Part shown: piece after piece, positions 23,899-31,869 of the stretch
Numbering within the stretch: the first letter of the stretch is position 1
Layout of the letters: each line of letters starts with the position of its first letter
Assembly (NCBI GenBank): GCA_014189685.1
Contig: DVAB01000033.1
Location: 2,298 to 34,297, forward strand
Direction: 5' to 3'
DNA from: Candidatus Naiadarchaeum limnaeum
Lineage (GTDB): Archaea; Undinarchaeota; Undinarchaeia; Undinarchaeales; Naiadarchaeaceae
Length of the DNA: 32,000 nt
Made by a program: the position numbers and the translations under genes
The notes under the pieces: model-generated
The model's database searches: none
Seen by the model: the letters and a program-made list of their open reading frames with translations, nothing else
What the model was told of the DNA's origin: nothing

Positions 23899-24435
23899 AT
23901 GGAATCAGAAATACATCCAACTGCAAAAATCGGGAAAAATTGTGCAATAAGGAGCGGCGCAATTATATATCACAATGTTGTTCTGGGGGATAATGTTCGC
24001 ACAGGCCATAGAGTTCTAATTCGAGAGAATACTAAAGTTGGAAATAATACATTGATCGGAACAAATGTTGTAATTGAGGGTGATTGTGTAATTGGAAATA
24101 ATGTTAGCTTACAGTCAAATGTCTATATTCCCAAAAACTGTTTAATTGAGGATTTTGCTTTTCTTGGGCCAAATGTTGTTATTACGAATGATAAATATCC
24201 AATTAGAGAAAAGCTTTCTCACTCTCAATTAAAGGGCGCAATAATTAGAAAAGGCGCATCCATCGGAGCTAATTCCACAATTCTTCCTGGAGTTGAGATT
24301 GGTCAGGGCGCAATGATAGGCGCTGGCTCAGTAGTAACTAGAGACGTTTCTCCGTGGATAATTGTTGCAGGAAATCCTGCTAAAAAAATAAAAAAAGTTC
24401 CAAAAAAACTTCGAGTTTTAAACAAAATTTTATGA
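23899..24435 (+). CDS. Hexapeptide-repeat (left-handed beta-helix) N-acetyltransferase (WbpD-like)
   Basis: The track start 23863 is TTG; the ATG at 23899 gives MESEIHPTAKIGKN. Repeated [LIV]-G-x4 hexapeptides run throughout. ATGA overlap with the next gene. Confidence 0.8.
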   Translation: MESEIHPTAKIGKNCAIRSGAIIYHNVVLGDNVRTGHRVLIRENTKVGNNTLIGTNVVIEGDCVIGNNVSLQSNVYIPKNCLIEDFAFLGPNVVITNDKYPIREKLSHSQLKGAIIRKGASIGANSTILPGVEIGQGAMIGAGSVVTRDVSPWIIVAGNPAKKIKKVPKKLRVLNKIL

Positions 24436-25139
24436 AAAAACCAAAACACTTTTCAATAATAATTCCTGCGCATAACGAAGAGCGTCGCATAAAGCGAACT
24501 TTGGAACGTTTTTACAAGTTTTTTTCTAAAAAATATAAGATAGAAATTATTGTCGTTTGTGATGGCAATAGTGATAAAACAGAGTCGATTGTTCAAGAGT
24601 TTGCGGCGAAAAGAAAAAATATAAAACTTTTAACTTTCCCGACTCGTCTAGGAAAGGGCGGCGGAATCTTAAAAGGAATAAAAGCTGCGCGTGGTGATAT
24701 AATTGGATACGTTGATGCTGACTCTGCTACACGCCCCCAAGATTATAATAAAATTTTTCAAACGCTTATTACTAAAAATCTAGATGGGGCTGTTGCATCC
24801 CGCTATTTGAAGGAGTCAAAAATATTGATTGAGCAACCTCTTTATAGAATATTTCTCAGCCGCGGCTGGAATTTAATTGTCCACACCTTATTTCAAATCC
24901 CTTTTACAGACACTCAATGCGGAGCAAAAATTTTTACTGCTAAGGCGCTTGAATTTGTAGTTCCAAAAATGGAAACCTATGGCTTTGAATTTGATGTTGA
25001 ACTTTTGTGGAGGATGCAGAGATCTGGATTCAGAATAAATGAGGTCCCTATAACATGGGAGCACAAAGAACAATCAAAATTTGTAGTTTCAGATATAATT
25101 GGGATGCTAATAAGGCTTATAAGAGTTAGGCTCTCCTAA
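24432..25139 (+). CDS. Family 2 glycosyltransferase (dolichyl-phosphate hexose synthase-like)
   Basis: FSIIIPAHNEE, VVCDGNSD, YVDADS (DxD) and QCGAK are GT2 signatures. Confidence 0.8.
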   Translation: MKKPKHFSIIIPAHNEERRIKRTLERFYKFFSKKYKIEIIVVCDGNSDKTESIVQEFAAKRKNIKLLTFPTRLGKGGGILKGIKAARGDIIGYVDADSATRPQDYNKIFQTLITKNLDGAVASRYLKESKILIEQPLYRIFLSRGWNLIVHTLFQIPFTDTQCGAKIFTAKALEFVVPKMETYGFEFDVELLWRMQRSGFRINEVPITWEHKEQSKFVVSDIIGMLIRLIRVRLS

Positions 25140-25184
25140 CCATAGGAAAACATATATAAACTTTTAATACACATTAAAAGTTCT

Positions 25185-26645
25185 ATGAGCTCAGATATTG
25201 TTTTAGTCTACCCACGAACCGGATTTGATATAAAAACAGTCTCTTTAGAACTCCCGCTAGCTGTTTTGGCAGCTGCTACTTTTGTTGATAGAGATGGATA
25301 CAAAGTAAAAATAATTGATCAAAGAATGGACCCTGATTGGGAAAAAACTCTGCGCTCAGAGCTTAAAAACGGAACTTTATTTGTAGGGCTATCTTCAATT
25401 ACAGGAGATCAGATTCACTATTGCCTCGATGCAGCGAAAATAATTCGCGAAGTAAATCCTGATTTGCCAATTGTTTGGGGTGGAATACATCCAACGCTAC
25501 TCCCAATTCAAACAGTAGAGAGCGAATATGTTGATCTTGTTGTAAAAGGTGAAGGAGAGCAGCCGCTTTTGGATATTGCAAATATCTTGAATAAAGGAGA
25601 AAACGGACAGAAATTAAAGGATATTCGCGGAGTAACAGCGAAAGTTGATGGAAAAATTTACAATAATCCTGAGGCCCCGAACTTAAATGTTGAAGAGCTT
25701 CCATTCCTACCTTACCATTTGCTTGATATGAAAGAATATATCAAAGCATTCGGCGGAGCGGTTTCATTCCTTGCAAGCAGGGGCTGCCCGTTCCAATGCA
25801 CTTACTGCTGCAATCCATTTCTCTCCCAGAGGAGATGGAGAATGATGTCTCCAAAAAAGACATTGGAGGAACTTGAATTCATTCGCTCAAAGTGGCACTT
25901 TGACAAAGTTAAGTTTAATGACGAACACTTTTTTGTTGACAAGAACAGAGTTTACGGAATTGCCGAGGGAATAAACGATCAGTATAGCTGGGAAGCGCAA
26001 ACACGATTGGACACAGTTGCGTACATTGATTATGAAAAACTGAGCAAAACCGGCCTGTATCAAATTCAACCAGGCCTTGAATCAGGAAACCCAAGAATTC
26101 TAAAACTGATTAAAAAAGAAGTGACACTTGAAAATATAATTCGTTATAATAAGATGCTCGCACACACAGGAATTGTTTGCACCTACAACTTTATGACCGG
26201 ATTTCCAACAGAAACTATTGGCGAGATTAAAGAAACAATCCGCATGTCCTTAAAACTTTTGGATGATAATCCAAACTCTGAAATAGCTGCTTTCTATATT
26301 TTTACTCCATATCCAGGAACAGAGGCTTATGATTTGGCATTAGAAAATGGGTTTAGACCTCCAACAACTCTTGAAGGGTGGAGCAAATTCTCAAGGCAGC
26401 AGTTATTAACTCCGTGGATTCAGGATAAGAGAGAATTAATGGAAAATTTAGCAATAACTTCTAAATTTGTTGACCAGAGAAGAATCGCGCGTTTGTTTGC
26501 AAAAACCTGGATTCCAAAATTTGTTCCAAAGTTGCTTGGAAAATTATACAGGCATCGCTGGGATCGCGAGAACTTTAAAATGACTTGGGATATAAAGTTA
26601 CTAGAGTGGGTGATTGAGAAGAGAGTAAATATATTCACAAATTGA
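25185..26645 (+). CDS. B12-binding-domain radical SAM enzyme (class B)
   Basis: N-terminal cobalamin-binding Rossmann-like region (IVLVYP..LAAATFVDRDGYKVKIID..VGLSS..IVWGGIHPT) followed by SRGCPFQCTYCCNP (CxxxCxxC). An ATATATAAA box lies ~25 nt upstream of the ATG. Confidence 0.8.
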   Translation: MSSDIVLVYPRTGFDIKTVSLELPLAVLAAATFVDRDGYKVKIIDQRMDPDWEKTLRSELKNGTLFVGLSSITGDQIHYCLDAAKIIREVNPDLPIVWGGIHPTLLPIQTVESEYVDLVVKGEGEQPLLDIANILNKGENGQKLKDIRGVTAKVDGKIYNNPEAPNLNVEELPFLPYHLLDMKEYIKAFGGAVSFLASRGCPFQCTYCCNPFLSQRRWRMMSPKKTLEELEFIRSKWHFDKVKFNDEHFFVDKNRVYGIAEGINDQYSWEAQTRLDTVAYIDYEKLSKTGLYQIQPGLESGNPRILKLIKKEVTLENIIRYNKMLAHTGIVCTYNFMTGFPTETIGEIKETIRMSLKLLDDNPNSEIAAFYIFTPYPGTEAYDLALENGFRPPTTLEGWSKFSRQQLLTPWIQDKRELMENLAITSKFVDQRRIARLFAKTWIPKFVPKLLGKLYRHRWDRENFKMTWDIKLLEWVIEKRVNIFTN

Positions 26646-26760
26646 TTTCTGCATATCTTGCATTCTGAGCTTTCTATCGATAAAACCTGTCTTGATAAAC
26701 CTTAAATATGCTCCCTCACATTTATGTTTTTCTCAATAAGAGCATGGGGACTGCATTAAA

Positions 26761-27786
26761 ATGGCAGAAGCAATTATTACAAAAAAATGTATAGTTACCG
26801 GGGGGGCAGGTTTTATAGGATCTCATATAGTTGACCGTTTATTAAAAGATGGGCATACTGTTACAGTTCTTGATAACTTTTCCTCAGGTCGCAAAGAGAA
26901 CTTAGCACATCACAAAGGAAACAAGAGATTAAAAGTTGTTAATGTTGATATTGCTGACTTTAATAAAATTAAAAAATACTTTAAAGGAATTGACTGGGTT
27001 TTTCATTTGGCTGCACTTGCAGATATCGTTCCCTCAATAAAAGAGCCATTAAAATATCACCACTCAAATGTTGCTGGGACTGTTTCTGTTCTTGAGGCCT
27101 CTCGTCTAAACAATATAAAACGATTTCTCTACGCAGGCTCGGCCTCCTACTATGGAATTCCAGACAATTACCCTACGCCTGAAACAGCTGAAATAAGAAT
27201 AGAGTACCCCTATGCTCTTACAAAATATCTAGGGGAATTAGCTGTATTACACTGGGGCAAGGTTTATGGTCTGCCTGTTGTCTCGCTCAGAATGTTTAAT
27301 GTCTATGGTCCAAGATCAAGAACAAGCGGAGCTTATGGGGCTGTTTTTGGTGTATTCTTAGCGCAAAAACTTGCAGAAAAGCCTTTTACTGTTATTGGAA
27401 ATGGGGCGCAAACAAGAGATTTTACTTTTGTAACTGATTGTGTTGAGGCATTTATTTTAGCAGCAAAGTCTAATATTCAAAATGAGGTGTTCAATGTCAG
27501 CGTAGGAGAGGGCCACAGTGTTAATGAAATAATTGAGTTGCTTGGGGGTGGAGAGGTTGTTCACCTTCCAAAAAGGCCAGGGGAGCCAGACAAAACATTG
27601 TCTGATAGTTCTAAAATAAAGAGAATGCTTGGGTGGGCCCCTAAAGTTAAATTTGAGGACGGAGTTAAGATAATGTTGGCTAATATAAATTACTGGAAAA
27701 ACGCCCCTGTTTGGGATGAAAACTCAATTTCAAAGGCAACAGCAGAGTGGTTCCAGTACTTAGGCAAGAAAAAATTATCCCAATAA
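26761..27786 (+). CDS. NAD-dependent nucleotide-sugar epimerase/dehydratase (extended SDR)
   Basis: VTGGAGFIGSH, the catalytic YALTK (YxxxK), and an RxxNVYGP-type motif (RMFNVYGPR). Confidence 0.85.
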   Translation: MAEAIITKKCIVTGGAGFIGSHIVDRLLKDGHTVTVLDNFSSGRKENLAHHKGNKRLKVVNVDIADFNKIKKYFKGIDWVFHLAALADIVPSIKEPLKYHHSNVAGTVSVLEASRLNNIKRFLYAGSASYYGIPDNYPTPETAEIRIEYPYALTKYLGELAVLHWGKVYGLPVVSLRMFNVYGPRSRTSGAYGAVFGVFLAQKLAEKPFTVIGNGAQTRDFTFVTDCVEAFILAAKSNIQNEVFNVSVGEGHSVNEIIELLGGGEVVHLPKRPGEPDKTLSDSSKIKRMLGWAPKVKFEDGVKIMLANINYWKNAPVWDENSISKATAEWFQYLGKKKLSQ

Positions 27787-27798
27787 CAATGATGTGCG

Positions 27799-29403
27799 AT
27801 GGACCTGAAAAGCAGAAATTTCCAAATATTGTTGCTGATTATAATCTTAGGCATATCCCTGCGGCTTTATGGCCTTGGCACCGCAAGCATAAAAGCTGAT
27901 GAAGGAGGAACAATTTTCCTCTCAGAGCGGTCGATATATCAAATAATTACCTCTGCAGAAGATGTACAGCCCCCCTTTTTCTATGCCGTATTACATTTTT
28001 GGATAGCATTAGTTGGAAAAAGCGAATTTATGCTGCGGCTGCTCCCTGCAATTTTTTCCATTTTAACAATTCCCCTTGCCTATAAGCTCGGAAAAATTTT
28101 GTTTAATGAGGATGTTGGATTATTTTCTGCGTTTGTCTTTTCAGTTTCACAAGCAAATATAAGATTTGCTCAAAATTTGCGCAATTATTCTTTGGTAACC
28201 TTTTTTGTGCTGCTCTCAATTTACTTTTTCTATCAGTATTTAAGCAATCCGAACAAAAAATATCTTATTTTATTTGTAGTGAGCTCAGTGATTTCTGTTT
28301 ATTCCCATTATTTTGCAGGTTTTGTTTTAGTCGCCCAAGTCTTATATCTGTTAATTTATTACAAAAAATATCGGGAATCTTTTGTTAAACTTTCTATTGC
28401 ATTTATTGCTATTTTTGTCCTTCTATCCCCCTTAGCTACAATGTTTTTTTGGCAGGCATCAATAGAAACAAATCTTGAAAAGGCTATGTTTGAAAAAGAT
28501 TCACTTACCGATATTTCTTTAACTGCTCTAAATCAAAATAATATATTCGTTCGCATTTCTTTATTTTTTTATCACTTCAGTGTTGGGTTCCTGGAATTCA
28601 ATTTGCAAAGCCCGTTTTTTGTTGCAATACTTTTTTTGGCCATAATTGTCTATGCAACTTTCTTTTTCACTGCACTTAGGTCTCTTCTACAACAAAGCAA
28701 GGAAAAACTAATGCTTCTTTTACTAATCCTAATTGTCCCAACTGCCCTCCTCTCTGTTCTCTGGCTCTCAAAAATTATAGTTCCATTAGCATATACAAGA
28801 TATCTTCTCTATATTTCTCCAATCTATTACACCATAATTGGAGTGGGTCTTTTCACTGGAATTAGTCAGCTCGAATCCTTAAAATCTAACTTATTAAAAA
28901 AATCTGTTTTAGTTATCTTTATAGTTCTTATTTTATCTTTTAATTCAGTCTCGCTTTTGGTTTATTATGATTCTGATCCTAAAAAAGAGGACTGGCGCTC
29001 TGCAGTTTCTCTAATTAATAGCAAATCAAATGGCAATGAGGTTATTGGTATTTACTCCGGAGCCTATACTTTTAATTTGAAAAGTTATTTGCTTAAAGAT
29101 CTTGAAATTTATACTCTGCCTGAAAACTTTAATATTCGCGGTGCCACTTTATCAAAAATTCTTTATAGTTCCTTTAACCCAATTAACGAGTCTAACAGTT
29201 GCAATATTCTAAATCTTTTAGACGAGAGTAAAACTGGAATATGGTATGTGCACGCTGCTCCAACATCTCCTTCTGATAAAGATTTGATTAAAAAATGCCT
29301 AGATTCAAATTTAAAACTCGCCGATTCTTTTGAAAATTCATATACAAATTCACGTGGCACAGTAATTAAGGATCTTTTAGTTTATCACTATGTTGTTAAA
29401 TAA
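27799..29403 (+). CDS. GT-C fold glycosyltransferase, family 39 / ArnT-PMT-like
   Basis: 534 aa with ~12 TM helices and a C-terminal soluble domain. A DE motif in the first loop (IKADEGGTIF) is as in PMT/ArnT enzymes. Confidence 0.6.
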   Translation: MDLKSRNFQILLLIIILGISLRLYGLGTASIKADEGGTIFLSERSIYQIITSAEDVQPPFFYAVLHFWIALVGKSEFMLRLLPAIFSILTIPLAYKLGKILFNEDVGLFSAFVFSVSQANIRFAQNLRNYSLVTFFVLLSIYFFYQYLSNPNKKYLILFVVSSVISVYSHYFAGFVLVAQVLYLLIYYKKYRESFVKLSIAFIAIFVLLSPLATMFFWQASIETNLEKAMFEKDSLTDISLTALNQNNIFVRISLFFYHFSVGFLEFNLQSPFFVAILFLAIIVYATFFFTALRSLLQQSKEKLMLLLLILIVPTALLSVLWLSKIIVPLAYTRYLLYISPIYYTIIGVGLFTGISQLESLKSNLLKKSVLVIFIVLILSFNSVSLLVYYDSDPKKEDWRSAVSLINSKSNGNEVIGIYSGAYTFNLKSYLLKDLEIYTLPENFNIRGATLSKILYSSFNPINESNSCNILNLLDESKTGIWYVHAAPTSPSDKDLIKKCLDSNLKLADSFENSYTNSRGTVIKDLLVYHYVVK

Positions 29404-29421
29404 ATGTAAGTTTTTAATGGC

Positions 29422-29461
29422 AGTATATGATAGTATTTAAATACTTTATCATACTTAGTAT
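29422..29461. promoter_or_regulatory. Operator-like array of five AGTAT/ATACT half-sites overlapping the TATA box of the RHH-nucleotidyltransferase gene
   Basis: AGTAT 29422-29426 and 29432-29436, TTAA centre 29437-29440, ATACT 29441-29445 and 29451-29455, AGTAT 29457-29461. Perfect 14-nt palindrome AGTATTTAAATACT (29432-29445). The TATA-like TATTTAAATA sits ~25 nt before the ATG at 29468. Confidence 0.6.
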
Positions 29462-29467
29462 GATAAT

Positions 29468-30301
29468 ATGCCCAAGGATAGAATTACCATTACTCTTGAG
29501 AAAGAGCTATTAAAAAAGCTTGATACTCTCGTTGATGGCCGGGATATTAGAAGCAGATCGCATGCAATAGAGCGAGCGCTTTTTAGCCATTTAGAAGAGG
29601 GTAAAGTAAAACAAGCTTTGATTTTAGCCGGAGGAGAAGGCACTCGATTGCGGCCATTTACTTATGAGATTCCCAAACCCCTTATTCCAATAAAAGGAAA
29701 ACCAATGCTTGAGCATATTATAAACCACCTTTTAGCCTATGGGGTAAAGAATTTTATACTGTCTGTCGGTTATATGTCTGAAAAAATAATTTCGCACTTT
29801 GGCGATGGAAAAAAACTTGGGGTCCATATAGATTATGTAATTGAAAAAGAAAGGCTAGGAACAGCAGGCCCGCTAAGACTTGCAAAAGATCTTTTGGAAG
29901 AAGATTTTCTAATGTTAAACGGTGATATTCTTTCAAGGGTAAATATCACAGAATTTTTCGCGCATCATCAAAAAATGAATGGTCTCGGAACTATTGTTTT
30001 AGTTGCCGTTAATGATCCCTCAAAATATGGGACAGTCGATCTGTATGGAAACAAAATAATGAAATTTGTTGAAAAGCCAAAAAAAAGCAAAGTGGTTTCA
30101 AACCTAGTGAATGGTGGAATTTACCTTCTTAAATCCGATATAATTGACTATGTTCCAAAAAAAGGATTTTCAATGATTGAAAAGGATGTTTTTCCCAAAT
30201 TAGCGCAAGAAGAGAAGCTCTATGGCTATATCTACACAGGGCCGTGGTATGATTTAGGCACTATAGAAAGTTATGGGCAGGCAATTAAAAATTGGAGCTG
30301 A
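29468..30301 (+). CDS. Ribbon-helix-helix (CopG/NikR-like) domain fused to a sugar-1-phosphate nucleotidyltransferase
   Basis: Residues 4-42 (RITITLEKELLKKLDTLVDGRDIRSRSHAIERALFSHL) fit the RHH beta-alpha-alpha pattern. Residue 50 onward, ALILAGGEGTRLRPFTYEIPKPLIPI, is the G-G-x-G-T-R-L NTP-transferase signature. Confidence 0.8.
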   Translation: MPKDRITITLEKELLKKLDTLVDGRDIRSRSHAIERALFSHLEEGKVKQALILAGGEGTRLRPFTYEIPKPLIPIKGKPMLEHIINHLLAYGVKNFILSVGYMSEKIISHFGDGKKLGVHIDYVIEKERLGTAGPLRLAKDLLEEDFLMLNGDILSRVNITEFFAHHQKMNGLGTIVLVAVNDPSKYGTVDLYGNKIMKFVEKPKKSKVVSNLVNGGIYLLKSDIIDYVPKKGFSMIEKDVFPKLAQEEKLYGYIYTGPWYDLGTIESYGQAIKNWS

Positions 30302-30313
30302 AACGCTAAATGT

Positions 30314-31180
30314 TTATTTTAAGTAACTCTCAAGGATTTTTTTAGATTCAAGAATTTCCTTTATGCTCAAATTTCCACTTTCAAGGGTCATCGGAACTTT
30401 TCCAGCTTTCTTGCGCACAATTTTTTCTAAAAACCAGCTATCCTTTCTTATATTCTGATGCGTATCCGCATTTCCATCGTTCTCATGCAAATGTAAGCCA
30501 AGTATGTGGTCGTATAGTGTATTAATAAAAATCTCTTTATTAAACTTATACCACTTTGATGCAACGTTCAAATGCCCCACATCCAGGAGCACTCCAAATT
30601 CATTGAATTCATTCAGTTCACGAAACATTGTCTCAAATTCATCCGGTTTTTGCATTAACAAATAATCTCCAACAAACCCTGCTTGTGTTGAGCTTGAAGT
30701 GTTATTTTCAACAGCAAAATTTACTCCTTTTTCCTCAGCGTACGGAATTATTTCTCTTAAAGAGCTGATAAAAATTTCATAAGACCTCTCATATGGCAAT
30801 GGAGTTCCGCTGAACTTAAACCCTTTATCAGGATCAAGTATAAACCCTGCGTGAATTGCATAAAATCTTGATCCAAGTGTTTCACAAAGGTCAAGCGCAG
30901 TTTTTGCATGATCAATGCTCTTCTCCCTTATATTTTCATTTGGCGAAGCCAAGTTTAAAATTAAGTTATCCTCTCTCGGCGGGAAATAATTGTGCACAAC
31001 AAATTTAACTTTATTAGAATTCTGAAATTCACTTACTTTTTTCTCAATATTTGGAGTATATAGATGCGAAGATCCAAGCTCAATATTTTTTATTCCTGAT
31101 TCCACATATTTCTCTAGCGTTTTAAACAAATCCCTGCCGCCTCTTAAACAAGAAGTCGAAATATAAACAAGTTCTTTCAT
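30314..31180 (-). CDS. Xylose-isomerase-like TIM-barrel protein (sugar phosphate isomerase/epimerase family)
   Basis: IELG.., YAIHAGF, FAVEN, LDVGH and LHLHEN are the typical metal-ligand blocks of the AP-endonuclease-2/TIM-barrel family. ATGA overlap with the upstream gene. Confidence 0.65.
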   Translation of the reverse strand: MKELVYISTSCLRGGRDLFKTLEKYVESGIKNIELGSSHLYTPNIEKKVSEFQNSNKVKFVVHNYFPPREDNLILNLASPNENIREKSIDHAKTALDLCETLGSRFYAIHAGFILDPDKGFKFSGTPLPYERSYEIFISSLREIIPYAEEKGVNFAVENNTSSSTQAGFVGDYLLMQKPDEFETMFRELNEFNEFGVLLDVGHLNVASKWYKFNKEIFINTLYDHILGLHLHENDGNADTHQNIRKDSWFLEKIVRKKAGKVPMTLESGNLSIKEILESKKILESYLK

Positions 31181-31869
31181 TTTTCGTTTAGCTCAATGGC
31201 TTGCAATGCACTTACTTCCTTGCCCTTCTCAACTTTCTTTATTATTTTTGCAGGAACCCCAACAGCAACTACATTATCTGGAATGTCTTTTATAACAACA
31301 CTTCCCGCTCCGATAATTGAGCCACCCCCAATTTTTACATTTTGGATTATCGTACTTCCAATTCCAATAAATGCTCCATTTCCTATCTTTACCTTGCCTG
31401 CAATATTCACTCCTGGCGCAATATGTACATGATTCCCTATCATGTCTTGATGTTCAAGAATTGAACCTGAGTTTATTATAGTATCATCTCCAACCTTTGC
31501 TTCAACAGAAATTATAGCCTCCCTGCAAATTACAACCCCCTCTCCAATTTCAGCGCTATCAGCAATGCTAGCAGTCGGATGGATTGCGTTAATAAGAGTA
31601 AAGCCATCCTTTTTTAATGTCTTAAAATATTTTTCACGGATAACATTATCCCCCACAGCAACAATCGCCCCATCAATTTTCATCTTCTTTGCCAATTCAG
31701 GAAGTTTATCTAGCGGGCCGATTATAGGAACTCCATCAATATTTTCTCCTCGATGCTTAATATTGTCCACGATTCCAACCACTCCAATATTTCTATCGTG
31801 TTTTAGTATATCGAGTACAACTCTTGCTTGTCCACCGGCCCCAACAATAATTGCTTTTATTTTTTTCAT
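31177..31869 (-). CDS. NeuD/PglD-family sugar N/O-acetyltransferase (hexapeptide repeat)
   Basis: N-terminal IIVGAGGQARVVLDIL Rossmann-like domain plus a C-terminal left-handed beta-helix (IGNHVHIAPGVNIAGKVKIGNGAFIGIGSTI). Confidence 0.8.
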   Translation of the reverse strand: MKKIKAIIVGAGGQARVVLDILKHDRNIGVVGIVDNIKHRGENIDGVPIIGPLDKLPELAKKMKIDGAIVAVGDNVIREKYFKTLKKDGFTLINAIHPTASIADSAEIGEGVVICREAIISVEAKVGDDTIINSGSILEHQDMIGNHVHIAPGVNIAGKVKIGNGAFIGIGSTIIQNVKIGGGSIIGAGSVVIKDIPDNVVAVGVPAKIIKKVEKGKEVSALQAIELNEK

